The notes under the pieces: model-generated
Databases searched by the model: none
What the model saw: the letters and a program-made list of their open reading frames with translations, nothing else
Told to the model about the DNA's origin: nothing
Program-made: the position numbers and the translations under genes
In this document: positions 25,560 to 39,118 of the stretch, in pieces
Layout: each line of letters starts with the position of its first letter
Position numbering within the stretch: position 1 is the stretch's first letter
Source: Hemiscyllium ocellatum
Taxonomy: Eukaryota
NCBI RefSeq assembly: GCF_020745735.1
Contig: NC_083422.1
Span: 28,582,001 to 28,646,000, forward strand
Length of the DNA: 64,000 nucleotides
Direction: 5' to 3'

Positions 25560-26815
25560 AATGCTAAAGAACAGTGCAGCACAGAAACAGACCCTTAAAT
25601 ACACCAAGCTTGCACTGACACATGATGCCTTTCCAAACTAAAAACCTTTAATTGCTACATGATCCGTATCCTTTCCTGTACTTCCTGCCTATTCAAGTAT
25701 TGAATCAACATGTCTCTCAAACATTGCCATTGTATCTCCTTCTACAATCTCCTCTGGCAGCACATTTCAGACACTCATCACCTTGTGTGTAAAAATCCTG
25801 CCTCTCACATCTCCTTTAAACTTCCCCCATTTTGCCTTAAACTAATGCCTCCTAGTAGTTGACATTTCGACCATGGGAAAAAGAGTCTAACTATCCATTC
25901 AATCTATGCTTCTCATAATTTTGTAAACTACTATTCAGTGTCCCTCAGCATCCGATGTTCAAGAAAAAACGAACCAAGTTTATCCAATCTCTCCTCATAG
26001 CTAATATCTTCCAAATCAGGCTACATTCTGTATGTTTTCCAAAACCTCCACATCGTTTTGGTAGCATGGCAAACATAATTGTAAGTGATATTTCAAATGT
26101 AGCCTAATTCCTTCTTGATTATCTTGGCCACTTGTGGTGCCACTTTCAGGGAAATCTGGATCTATAAGCCTTGATCCTTTTGTATGCTAATGCTTTAAGG
26201 GTTCTGCCATTTACTGTATACTTCTGTCTTGAATTAGACCTGCCAAAGTGTATCATCTCACATTTGTCTGGATTAAATTTCATCTGTCATTTCTCTGCCC
26301 AAATCCCCAGCCTACCTATATCTCACTGTGTCCTCTGGCAATTCTCCTTACTTTCTACACTCCCCCACACCACCCCCCCCCCCCCCCCCCAACCCCACAA
26401 CCACCACCCCACACCCCCGAGTCTTCATATCATCTACAAACTTACTAATCAGACCACCTACATTCCCCTCCAAAAAAAAACAGTGATCCTCGTACTGATC
26501 CCTGCAGAACACCACTGGTCACAGATCTCCAGTCAGAAAAGTATCCTTCCTCCACTTCTCTCTGCCTTCTATGACCAAGCCAGGTCAGTATCCATCTTAC
26601 CAGTTCAATGTAGATCCCATGTGACTTCATCTTCTATATCTGTTGCCATTAGGGACTTGTCAAAGACCTTGCTAAAATGCATGTCCTGCTCTGCCCTCAA
26701 TCAACTTTGTCACTTCCTCAAAAAACTCAAATCAATTTTGTGAGACATGACCTCCCCGCACAAAGCCATGCTGCCTATCACTACTAAGTCCACAGTTTTC
26801 CAAATGTGAGTAAAT
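25560..26815 (-). mobile_element. CR1 LINE RT/3' region, decayed
   Basis: ORF 26445-26630 reads KSHGIYIELVRWILTWLGHRRQR..WRSVTSGVLQGSV. 3' tail near 25565; poly-C expansion at about 26372-26390. Confidence 0.88.
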
Positions 26816-27034
26816 GAGAATGTAGATTTTCTTAATGAGTTGCCTGAGTAACCAGAACTCTTAATGTTAAATATAAAGGTCGAGACCACTTCACATTACT
26901 TCAGGAAAACCAGTAAGTGATTACTTCACTTGCTTCTTTCACTGAGTATAGTTTCACATTGAGTATGAAATTGAACTTTGGCAAACCAAAATGAGAGACA
27001 AAATGCATGGGCTAACCTAACTAGCTTTACTGTT

Positions 27035-27160
27035 GAAGAAAATTGAACCCCCCTGTCCTCACCTTCCACCCACGAACCTCCAGATATATCGCATCATCCT
27101 CCCCCAGGAGATTAATTGTAAAATATGTGCCCACACGTCCCCCCAACCTTCCCCCAAAGG
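27035..27160 (+). mobile_element. Penelope-like fragment
   Basis: PPVLTFHPRT and CKICAHT segments, homologous to 6700-6990. Confidence 0.7.
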
Positions 27161-29014
27161 GCCTTCACCACTTCCTCTGGCAGCTCATTCCACACCCGTA
27201 CCACCCTCTGCGTGAAAAAGTTGCCCCTTAGGTCTCTTTTATATCTTTCCCCTCTCACACTACACCTATGCCCTCTAGTTCTGGACACCCCACCCCCAGG
27301 GAAAAGACTTTGCCTATTTACCCTATACATGCCCCTCATAATTTTGTAAACCTCTATTAGGTCACCCCCCAACCTCAGACGGTCCAGGGAAAACAGCCCC
27401 AGCCTGTTCAGCCTCTCCCTATAGCACAAATCCTCCAACCCTGGCAACATCCTTGTAAATCTTTTCTGAACCCTTTCAAGTTTCACAACATCTTTCCGAT
27501 AGGAAGGAGACCAGAATTGCACGCAATATTCCAACAGTGGCCTAACCAATGTTCTGTACAGCTGCAACATGACCTCCCAACTCCTGTACTCAATACTTTA
27601 ACCAGTAAAAGAAAGCATACCAAATGCCTTCTGTGACTCCACTTTCAAGGAGCTATGAACCTGTACTCCAAGGTCTCTTTGTTCAGCAACACTCCCTAGG
27701 ACCTTACCATTAAGTCCTGCTAAGATTTGCTTTCCCAAAATGCAACACCTCACATTTATCTGAATTAAACTCTATCTGCTGCTCCTCAGCCCATTGTCCC
27801 ATCTGGTCAAGATCCTCTTGTAATCTGAGGTAATCCTCTTCGCTGTCCACTACGCCTCCAATTTTGGTGTCAGCTCAAACTTAGTAACTGTACCTCTTAT
27901 GCTTGCAACAAAATCATTTATGTAAATGACAAGTAGTGGTGGACTCAGCACCGATCCTCGTGGCACTCCACTGGTCTTAGGGCCCCAGTCTGAAAAACAA
28001 CCATCCACCACCACCCTCTGTCTTCTACCTTTGAGCCAATTCTCTGTATCCCAATGGTTAGTTCTCCCTGTATTCCATGAGATCTAACCTTGTTAATCAG
28101 TCTACCATGGGGAATCTTGTCAAATGCCTTACCGAAGTCCATATAGATCATATCTCCCACTCTGCCCTCATCAATCCTCTTTGTTACCTCCTCAAAAAAA
28201 CTCAAACAAGTTTGAGAGACATGATTTCCCATTCAAAGGCCATGTTGACTATCCCTAATAAGTCCTTACCTTTCCACATACATATATATCCTGTCCCTCA
28301 GGATTCCCTCCAACAATTTGCCCACCACCGACATCAGGCTCACTGGTCTATAGTTCCCTGGCTTGTCTTTACCACCCTTCTTAAACAATGGCACCACGTT
28401 AGCCAACCTCCAGTCTTCCGGCACCTCACCTGTGACTATCAATGATACAAATATCTCAGCAAGAGGCCCAGCAATCACGTCTCTAGCTTTTCACAGAGTT
28501 CTAGGGTACACCTGATCAGGTCCTGGGGATTTATTCACTTTTATGCGTTTCAGGACAAACAGCACTACCTCCTCTGTAATCTGTACATTTTGCAAGGTGG
28601 CACCATTTATTTCCCTACATTCTATATCTTCCATATCCTTTTCCACAGTAAATACTGATGCAAAATACTCATTTAGTATCTTCCCATTTTCTGTGGCTCC
28701 ACAGAAAGGCTGCCTTGCTGATCTTTGAGGGCCTTAATCTCTCCCTAGTTACCCTTTTGTCCTTAACGTATTTATAAAAACCTTTTGGATTCTCCTTAAT
28801 TCTATTTGCCAAATCTTCTCATGTCCCCTTTTTGCCCTCTTGATTTCCCTTTTAAGTATACTCCTACGGCCTTTATACTCTAAGGATTCACTCGATCTAT
28901 CTTACATGTGCTTCCTTCTTTTTCTTAACCCAAACCCTTTAGTCATCCAGCATTCCCTATACCTACCAGTCTTTCCCTTCACACTAACAGGAATATACTT
29001 TCCCTAGATTCTCG
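27161..29014 (-). mobile_element. HER1/CR1 LINE ORF2 (RT) fragment
   Basis: PEDWRLANVVPLFKKGGKDKPGNYRPVSL, DMIYMDFGKAFDKIPHGRL and LYRTLVRPLLEYCVQFWSPSYRKDV..QRVVRVWNELPEEVV; frameshifted. Confidence 0.96.
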
Positions 29015-29027
29015 TTGTCCTTGATGA

Positions 29028-29313
29028 GATTAGATTACATTAGATTCCCTACAGTGTGGAAACAGGCCCTTTGGCACAACAAGTCCACACTGACCCATTT
29101 CCCTCTGACTAATACATCTAACACTATGGGCAATTTAGCATGGCCAATTCACCTGATCTGCACATCTTTGGACTGTGGGAGGAAACTGGAGCACCCGGAG
29201 AAAACCCACACAAACACAGGGAGAACATGCAAACTCCACACAAACAGTCTTCCAAGGCTGGAATCGTACCTGAGACCCTGGTGCTGTGAGGCAGCAGTGC
29301 TAACCAGTGACCA
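29028..29313 (-). mobile_element. HE1-type V-SINE
   Basis: Reverse (TCTAA)n tail, V-domain GGGAGGAAACTGGAGCACCCGGAG...TGCAAACTCCACACA, and head GCTGTGAGGCAGCAGTGCTAACCA. Confidence 0.93.
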
Positions 29314-29749
29314 CTAATCAATATTCTAAACTCAGCACTGTGTAACAATTACACATGATGTTACAAGTTCTCAATATTGAATCCTGAATTGGTCACCACA
29401 GGACAGAATAGTAACCAACATTGGGTTACCAGAAGGCTTTGCTATTTGACTTCCACTGTTGTGGGTTATAAAGGACTTAAAGTTAAGATGTTGCAAGAAA
29501 CCGAGAAAGGAGACCTTACTACACAGAGTCACCAACATGTGACAGAAATCCCGAATTGTTCCTGCCTTATTATTACATATTCTCTAAAATCATTTGGATG
29601 GGAGTCATGGTAACCAAACTCAGCAAAAGCATTAGTGACAGGATCAAAATGCAGCCTCCGCTTGCATGCTTTTATATGCAACAGTTAACACTAAAGAATC
29701 AATAAACGTCAACATTTAAAGTCCTGATACATCAATACCATTCATTCTA

Positions 29750-32700
29750 ACTGTAGTGGGATATTTTGCAATGAAGTTGGTTGCTTGAGGAACTCCAGCC
29801 CACAGTTGATGACCTGCAGTCTGAGCTTCAAAACACTGACACATTAGTGAGATGGAGAGTTACCTGGATACTGTGCTTCAGAAGGCAATCACTTCGCTTA
29901 GATTAACTACTCCAAATCCAATCAATGGTCAGGGACAGGACAAGTGAAGCAGGTAGAGGATCCAGGAGGTAGTACTGAAGGAGCTTCAGCCCTTAACCTT
30001 TGTCTTACAGTTTTGGATATTCTTGCTCTGAGTGGATGTGAGTCGGGGCCACAGGGAGGATGTGAAAACAGACCACAGCACCGAAGTACAGAGTGACTTA
30101 AGGGGGAGGGAAAAGGGAAATGTAGATGTAATTGGGTATATAGTCAGGGGAATAGCTACCATTCTCCAAGGTCAGGATCAAGAGTCTTTGAGGTTGTGTT
30201 ACCTGCCTAGAGCCCAGGTTGAGGATCTCAGGAGTGGGAGGGGAAGGTCCAGTTATCATGGTCCATGTAGATACCACTGATATAGATAGAAAGGGGAAAG
30301 AGTTTCTGCTAAGGGATTATGAACAGCTAGGGGCTAACACAAATTGCAGAACCAAAAAGATAATAATCTCCAGATTACTACCTGAGCCAGGAGCTAATTG
30401 GCACAGGGTCAGCAAGATTAAAGAGATAAATGTGTGGCTCAATAATTGGTGTGGGAGAAACCGGCTCAAACACAAGTGATGTTGGCAAATGGGTGTGTGG
30501 TCTGTTTTCACATCCTCCCTGCGGCCCCGACTCTCATCCACTCAGAGCAAGAATATCCAAAACTGTAAGACAAATATTATGGCAAATTCAAGGGCAAGAA
30601 GACTCAGAAGAGGTCATTAAAAAAGTTTCCAAAACAGACAACAGGTCAGAGAGTTTGGAAGATTCAGAATCTAACTTCTGGCACAGCAAATAGGGGACAA
30701 TTATGAGATGGGGGCTGTGTGTAGTCAATGCAGGACTGAAGCTATTATATTTAAATCCAAACAAAAGGAAATTAGTTTGTAGCACAGATTATAATTGGCA
30801 GGTACGATGCTGTTGCTATCTCAAAGTTGTGGCTGCAAGGGGATCAAGGCTGTGAAGTAAATCTCAAAGGATATGCACCCAACTCAAAAGGACTGGCAAA
30901 TGGGTGTGGGGTTGCCTTGTTAGTAAGAAATTAAATTAAATTGATAGATTCTATGCCTTCGTTCTTGCTATGTGGGTAGAGTTGATGAAATACAAAGAAA
31001 AGAAGACCCTGATGGGAAATGGATACAGGCATCCTCGCAGTAGTCAGAATGTGGGAAAGAAAAGTAAATCGGCAGATAGAAAAGGCATGTAAGAAAGACA
31101 CTATCATAATAATCACGAGGACTTCAATATGTAAGTGGACTGGAAAATTAGATTGTTAGTGGATCTCAACAAAAGGAATTTATGGAAAGTCTATGAGATT
31201 TTTAAATTTGGAGCAGCCGGTGAATTCTGGATTTGGTGATGTGAAATGAGGCAGACTTGATGAGGGAGCTTAAGGTCATGGAACCCTTAGGGGCCAGCAA
31301 CCATAATAATGATAGAATTCACCTGGCAGTTTGAGTCAAATGGAACAGTATTATAACTGAGTAAAGGTAATCACAAAGACATGATGGAAAAGCTGGCCAG
31401 AGTTTATTGGAAGGGGAGCCTAGCAAAAACGATGATAGAGCAGCAATGACAGGGGTTTGTAAGTGTAACTTTGGGAGAGACAGCAAGAAACTCATCCCAA
31501 GAAAAAAGAAAATTACTAAAGGGGAGGATGAGGCAACCATGGCTGACAAGGGAAGTCAGGGACAGCATCAAAACAAAGGAAAAGCATACAATGTAGTGAA
31601 GGTTAGTGGGAAGCCAGAGGATTAGGAAGCCTTTAAAAATTAGCAGAAGATAACTAAAACTAAAATAAAAGGGGAGAAGATGAAATAGGAGAGTAAGCTA
31701 GCTAGTAATACAAAAGAAGATGTTAAGAGGTTTATTTTAAGATGTCTAATAGCTAAAAGAGTGGCAAGATTGGACAGTGGACCACTGGAAAATGAGGTTG
31801 GAGAAGTTGTAATGAAAAAATGATAATAGAAAACAAAGAAATGGCAGAAGAATTGAATAGTTACTATGCATCAGTTTTCATAATGGTGGACACATGCAAC
31901 AAATAGAACTTCAAAAGAATTAGGAGCCATCACTAGGGAATGGGTGCTGGGCAAGTTGAAAGGTCTGAATGTGGATATACCACCTAGATCAGATGGACTA
32001 CACCCCAGCTGAGGAGGCTGTAGAAACATTAGTGATCTTTCAGGAATCACTGGAGTCAGGGAGGTCCCAGACGATTGGTAAACGGCTATTGTAACACCCC
32101 TGTTTAAGGGAGGGAAGGAATTGGAAGACAGGAAAGTATAGGTTGGTTAGCCTGACCTCGGCTATTGGTGAGATTTTAGAATCTACTTTTGGGATGAGAT
32201 TGTGGAGTACATGGTAAAATAGGGCTGAGTCAGCATGGCTTCGTCAAGAGGAGGTTATGCCTGAAAATCTGTTAAGATTCTTTGAGGAGGGAAACAAGTT
32301 AAAAAATAAAGGAGAATCAGTGGAAATGATCTATCTGAATTTACAGAGGACCTGCAATAAGGTGGTACACAGGAGGTTGCTGAATAAGTTAAGTATCCAG
32401 GATGTTAGGGGCAAAGTATTGCATGAAAAAGGATTGGCTGACTGGCAGAAGGCAGACAGTGGGATAAAGGGGTGGAAACTGCTGACTAGTGGGGCTCCGC
32501 AGGGGTCAGTTTTGGAACCATAATTGTTTATGATTATACATTAATGACCTGGATGAAGGAACTGAAGAGATTGTTGCTAAGTTTGTGGATGACAAAAGAT
32601 ACGTGGAGGGGCAGGTAGTGGTGAGGAAGTGGAGAGACTACAAGAAAACGTGGACAGACTAGGAGAATGGGCAATCAAGTGGCAGATGGAATACAGTATG

Positions 32701-34160
32701 AAAAAGTGAGATTTTGTAAATTTGTAGGGAGAATATTTAAATAGATTATTTTCTAGACAGGGAAAGGCTTCAGAAATCTGAATGGTCAAAGGGACCATTC
32801 AATGGGTCAAAGTGCTAGTCGAGGATTCTCTAAAGGTAAACATGCAGATTGAGTCCATGATTAAGAAAGTGAATGTAATGTTGTCATTTATCTCAAGAGG
32901 GTTGGAATATAAAAGCACTGTTGTGCTACTGAGACTTTACAAAGCTCTGGTTAGGTCCCATTTGGAGTACTGTGTCCAGTTTTGGTCCCCACATCTCAGG
33001 AAGGACATACTGGCACTGGAGCGTGTCCAGAGGAGATTCACACGAATGATCCCTGGAATGGTAGGTCTAACATACAAGGAATGGCTGAGAATCCTGGGAT
33101 TGTATTCATTGGAGTTTAGAAGGTTAAGTGGAGATCTAATAGAAACTTACAAGATAATACATGGCTTGGAAAGGGTGGACACTAGGAAATTGTTTCCGTT
33201 AGGCAAGGAGACTAGGATCTGTGGACACACCCTTAGAATTAGAGGGGGTAAGTTCAGAACAGAAATCCGGAGACATTTCTTCAGCCAGAGAGTGGTGGGC
33301 CTGTGGAATTCATTGCCGTGGAGTGCAGTGGAGGCCGGAACGCTATATGTCTTCAAGGCAGAGATTGATAAATTCTTGATGTCACAAGGAATTAAGGGCT
33401 ACAGGGAGAATGCGGGTAAGTGGAGTTGAAATGCCCATCAGCCATGATCGATTGGCGGAGTGGACTCGATGGGCCGAATGGCCTTACTTCCACTCCTATG
33501 TCTTATGGGACTTGGGAATCCTAGTTCTGGATTCTCTTAAGGTTAACATGCAAGTTCAGTTGGCAGATAGGAAGGCAAATGCATTATTAGCATTATTCTA
33601 AGAATACAAGTGCAGAGACGTACTACTGAGGCTGTATAAGGCCCTGGTGTGAGCAGTTTTGGGCCCTGTATCTAAGGAAAGATGTGCTATCATTGGAGGG
33701 AATCCAGAGGAGGTTCACAAGGAGATTCCAGGGATGAAGGGCTTTTTTATATGAGGAGCAGTTGAGGACTCGGTCTATACAGAGTTTAGAAGGATGAAAT
33801 GGATCTCACTGAAACGTAAGGAATATGGAGGAGCCTGACTAGTATGGATGTGGATAAAATGTTTCCATCAGCAGGAGAGACGAGGACCCAAGAGCACAGC
33901 CTTAGGGTTAAGGGACAACATTTTAGAATATAAATGATAAGGAATTTCTTCAGCCAGAGGGTGGTTGATCGGTCAAACTCATTGCTGCAGAGGGCTGTAG
34001 AGGCCAGTCATTCAGTGTATTTAAGACTGACAAGGGGATCGAGGGTTTTGGGGAGGAGACAGAAAAATGGAATTGAGAAAGATATCAGCATGATCAAATG
34101 GCAGAGGAGACTTGATGAGCCAAATGACCTAATTCTGCTCCTATTTCTTATGGTCTTATG
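29750..34160 (+). mobile_element. Old near-full-length CR1 LINE (ORF1 SGNH esterase, ORF2 EN-RT), interrupted at 32796-33506
   Basis: ORF1-like VIGYIVRG..LCYLPRAQVEDL and VIMVHVDTTDI..IIISRLLP..INVWLNNWC; RT IYLNLQRTCNKVVHRRLLNKL..SGAPQGSVLEP; 3' RNFFSQRVVD and tail TCTTATGGTCTTATGG. Confidence 0.9.
32812..33506 (+). mobile_element. Young 5'-truncated CR1 LINE nested in an older CR1
   Basis: Intact ORF 32782-33429 (LYKALVRSHLEYCVQFWSPHLRKD..QRVVGLWNSLP); tail CCTATGTCTTAT; GGGAC duplicated at 32791-32795 and 33507-33511. Confidence 0.93.
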
Positions 34161-34939
34161 GAAATATCTGCCTAATTACTGTGATAAATTCCACTAATGC
34201 AATTTAGATGCAGCTTTGATAGAGCAAATCTCTCAGACAAATATAAACTTCCATTTTAAAGGCTGAATTTATTTGTTGCCTTCCTGTACAGATGACTTCA
34301 GATAAAAATACAGATCTGATAAAGCATCGTTCTTACCCAAGCAGAGAATTCCAAAATAGTTACTCAGTTCCCAACCACTCCCATTGAAGAGAATTTCTCA
34401 TTTTACCCCAACGGTTAAGTGTACAATGTGACCACAGCAATGTAATCCTCTTAAAAGCTTCATACATTTTGTTTCAGAATACTACACAGGATCAACAACA
34501 GCATATCCAGCTTCAATTCGACAAACAATACCAGGGGGTGCGCATTAATCAAAGTTTAGATTCAGTTGTTCAGTAGGTAGTCAAGGCTGAGATAAAATTT
34601 TGAACTATATGGCAGTTCGGGATGCTGCTAAGAAGCAGGAAAGTAGAGTTCAGAATAAGGTCAGACCAGTCATGATATTACTGAATGATCAAGTACATTT
34701 TAAAGCCTATTGATGTTCCTATTCCTCAACTTCCTGTGCTACATGGGTAAAGTACAATCAGTAGAAAAAGTTTCCACAGCTATGAACAAAGTATAAAATG
34801 GGCTTAAAATTTAACCCAATTTTCATTCAACAAGTAACTGAAAACAGCAAAGTCTTCTTATCTATTGGAGTCATATTATAGTAGTAAGCGTATAGAATTC
34901 ATTATCCCTTCATTCATGAGAACACCATTCGCATCAGGC

Positions 34940-35620
34940 ACCATATCACTCTTGCTAAGTGCATTTCACTCCTATCTACTCCTGATGCTCATAATATGGG
35001 TCTCCTCTATACTGGGGAGATGAAACACAGACCAGTTACTGCTTTACAGAACACCTACGTTCTGTCTGCAAATAAGAACCCAAGCTTCCAGTTGCCTGCT
35101 TCTTCAACGCAACCACTGTGTTCCCTGGCTGTCAGTTCTGTCTCAGACTTGCTGCAGTGATCCAGCAACTCTTAAATCTGGAAAGAGCAGCATCTCGTTT
35201 CCCACCTGGGGATCCTGCAGCCTTCAGGACTCAATATCACTCTGAACACCACCTTCCATGTCCTTTATCCACTGTGACACCCTGTAGTCACAGGTGCTGC
35301 TTGCAGCACGGTCAACCCATTTTCACCTATTTATGGTTTCAATTAGCAGCTCTTCTTTCTCCATGGTTTACCCATTATCCATCCCTTCGTCTGCCTGCCA
35401 TTCTCTCCCTCTGGGGGCTTAGCCTCCACATATCCTCTCACTTCTTTACAATCACACACTCACCCCACCCTCCCTCAACCCCTTCCTGGCTATCGTCAGT
35501 CCTGAAGAAGCGTCACTGGACCCAAAATGTTAACGCTGCTTTCTCTCCACAGATACTGCTAGACCTGAGTTTCACCAGCAATTTCTGTTTTTTCTCTCAG
35601 TTTCCAACATCGGCAGTTCT
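34940..35620 (+). mobile_element. Decayed Penelope-like 3' region with pLTR
   Basis: GGTCTCCTCTATACTGGGGAG (GLLYTGE) and pLTR CCTGAAGAAGCGTCACTGGACCCAAAATGTTAAC...CCAGCAATTTCTG. Confidence 0.8.
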
Positions 35621-38600
35621 TTTATTTCACTCAAATTGCCACGGCTCTAAACTTATGATTTTTCAATCACCTTTTGGTGAGATTTGCAGCATCAGCCAGT
35701 TTGCTATACATTCTTTCCCTTCTTTCGTACTAAGCATATGCTGTGAAGACCACCTACCACAGGATTTTGTATGTTAATGGAAGACTCATTGGGAGCTGAT
35801 ACTGGTGCTTTAGGGAAATCAGAATTATTCAAGGATGAGATAAGAATTTTAAATTGTTTACTTCTGAATCATTTGTTACTTCCCTGGTTTCTGACATCAT
35901 AGTGCCACACTTTAATCAACAGGACAACATTTTGAAAATTTTGTCTGATAAACTGAGGCAATGGGATAAATTGTGCTGTGCACTGCATGCTCCACCACAA
36001 AGGCTCCACCTGAAAAGACAATGATGATGAGTTGGACAGAACACTGTAACAGAAAAAAGTTCTGCCTTGGAGCCACCAGCAACAGGAAACAGAATGCAAC
36101 AAGACAAGCTGATCTGTGAAGCTTTAATTGCCTGCAGTTTTAGATGTGAAACATGCATGTCTCTAGATAGCTCGGATGTGAAACTGGCAATTACATGGGC
36201 ACAATGATTCAAATAGCTTCATTCTGTGCTGAAATTTCTATGATTAAGTAGTCAGCTCCATTTTTTACCAGATTAGTATCTCCTGCACAATGCAAAATAT
36301 ATGTTCTCCTATAGCACTGTTATAATCTTCCTTGTTGGCTATGAATAAAGGGAAGGAGTTTTCTTTGTTAATATTTTATTCCTAATATGATGCACACAGT
36401 TATTAACATTTTTACGATGCCAGGCAGTGTTTTGCAGCTCATGAATCATCAAATGCCTCTGATGTCATGGACTTATAAGCTGCAAGAGGTGCAGCTTCAG
36501 TCGAGGAAACAAGTATTTGTTGGGAAATCTGCTAAAGCCTCCTCAGGTCTGGATACCTCTTGGTACATTGGACTTGCTAGTCCAGATTGCCCTTATTTTA
36601 ATACCAGCAATAATTCATTTAAAGTAAACACCACTTTTAAAATAGCACAGATTAAAACATGAAGGCTCCAGTTTTTGTACAAGTAGCTAACCGGCTTGCT
36701 GCAGTGATTCCTTATTTTTAAATCATATCAGTTTTGCAAAGTGAGTTGTCAGGCCAAATATACACAATATAGACTGGGGCACCTGAATCAGTGCTTTTGA
36801 CAACAGGACAAACCATCACTGATTCATGATCTATGAAAACACATATTGCTTATGGGATGAGCAAATCCCTTACTAGTGGTAATACTGTCTATTAGTCTAA
36901 ATAGATTTAGTCTGCTGTATAATTAAATTGAGCGAGATGATTGGCAAAATCAGGCAAACTATCTGATATGACCTTATTTCATACGTTTTTACATTCTTAC
37001 TTTCTTGCTAATTCCTCCCCCCACCTTAAGCAATCACGCTTGTGTTGAGATACTGTCCTCCTAAATGCTAACAGCAATTGGGTGATGATATTATCTACAT
37101 TTAAGCACTGACAGTGACTCATAGTGAGCTATTTGAAAGCAAAGGAAAGGGCAGCTAAGTCTGATTGTATCTTAGTATTAATGCTATCATGTTGCCAACA
37201 GGACCTTTTCTGAAACGGTCAGGAACTGAAATCCTGACCCGGTTTCCTCTGAGACTTTACAGAAAATTCAAGGACTTTTAATTACCAAGGGTTAAAGCAA
37301 CTAAGGCAAATTGTAAAGTAACACAAGAAGTTCTTCGTCTACATGGCTCAGCTTTGCACAGGGCACTTCAACCTTTTGGTACATTACGGATATCCTTTAT
37401 AGTCAATGCTGCAGTGTGAGCCATTCCTCTTGAATTGAATTTTGAACTGATTATGGAGGCATTTTAACACCTAATCATCAGCATGAAATTTTTGATCAAG
37501 CTGAGCTGTTACATTTAACAGTAAGTTCTCCCTTCAAGCTGTGCAATGCCCTGGGGTGTGTCACCTAGGACCTGCTAAAATATGTCCCGTGATGTGCATT
37601 GATAATCAAAGACGTAAGCACAACTTAAGCTTCAAAACGTTTTATGTCTATTCACATATAATATTTTATCTCCACTTCAATAGTGCAAATTGTTACATGT
37701 TACAATGTTATGAGTGATTAATTGTCAATATCTAATTAATTTATCTTTAGTTTACTAACAAAATAATGGACCATTTTCAATTGCAGGTGAAGTAATAATG
37801 CTAGCAATTAAAGCCTTGCAGCAGTGACATAAAAGACTAACTGGCATTTTGTTACCTAGGAAACACTTTCCCATCGGTGTAGTTGGATATGGTACAGTGA
37901 TAGTGAGAGTGGTGTTTATTCTTTTGTAGGCGACTAACAGGACATGGTGCACGTACTGAATAAAATAAAAATGCAAATTAAGAAAAGTGATCTGAATACC
38001 AAATTGAACTCTGGAGCATTGAAGAATCTTTGTACGCTTCCTGTTGCAGAATATAATTAAGTGCTAAGGTCATGTCAACTTTGTAACATTTTTGTATGAT
38101 TCCTGGTTTGCAGTGCTGCGACTGAATAGGCTTTAAATATTGGCTGTACAGATCATAATTATAATTTAAATTTACTTGAGTCTTTATATTCAATTTCATT
38201 AGCCTTAGGCACCACAAAATACTGCATCACTTAGAGTCTCACTTCGTTCTTAATCCCTTAACTTATCTCTGACCAAGTTTCGTGAGAGTGCAGCTTCCTG
38301 CTATTAGCTTGAGGCCAAAATGATTGTAACTACATTTGAATGCTTTAAAACTGCTTTTGTTGCTAATTTTCTCTCCTACTTTCCTGAAAGCACTTAATTT
38401 TGCTGCAGTTTGATTTCACAGCTGCCAGGAGGCCTTCTGTACAGTACACACAACATCCCTGTAAGAGTAGGTTAGTTGAATGAGCTAATTGAAGCCAAAT
38501 AATTGCTTAGTAGTACAGAATTTAAACATAGCTAAAATGAGACACAAAGTGAAAGTTTTTCACCTTGCAGTTATCAGAACTGACATGCAAGAATCCCAAG

Positions 38601-38990
38601 TTGAAAAGGGTACACCAATTTCTCTAGAATGAGAAGAGGGTGCTAATTGTTGTTACCTTGGATGGCTTAGGGATGCAGCAGAAAACATTAGCTGTGAATC
38701 TTAGTTTGCAGCAAAAGCAAATAGTTGGACCTGGGAGGTATACTGATTGGTCAGTGTGTTGCCAAAGGAAATGCAGTCTCCATTGCACTGTCTGCTTGTA
38801 GCAATGTTCTTTGTAGCAAAAGGAACAAAGTCCTGTGTGCTGATACTTACCTGCTTGTGTAAATACATCATGCTGCAAGCCAAACTGAGAAACTCAAATT
38901 GGCATAAGGCATAATTCTTACCAAATAATCTGGTCAGTGCTAAGTGTTATCCAAAAGCAGAATCACAACTAATGTTGCACATGTAATTCT

Positions 38991-39118
38991 CCTGCCTCAT
39001 TTCTGAGGAAGGGCTTATGCTCGAAACATCGATGCTCCTGCTCCTTGGATGCTACCTGACCGGCTTTTCCAGCACCGCACTCTGATCTCCAGCATCTACA
39101 GTCCTCACTGTGTCCCAA
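38991..39118 (+). mobile_element. Penelope-derived pLTR mini-element with hammerhead motif
   Basis: CTGAGGAAGGGCTTATGCTCGAAACATCGA...CAGCATCTACAGTCCTCACT; flanked by ATGTAATTCT (38981) and ATGCAATTCT (39119). Confidence 0.85.

Noticed and set aside
32782-33429. 215-aa ORF as a host gene (likewise 27112-27570, 45047-45640 and 45592-45963)
   Set aside because: These are CR1 ORF2 fragments of 5'-truncated LINEs.
35118-35777. 219-aa ORF
   Set aside because: It runs through a decayed Penelope 3' region and pLTR and has no domain signature.
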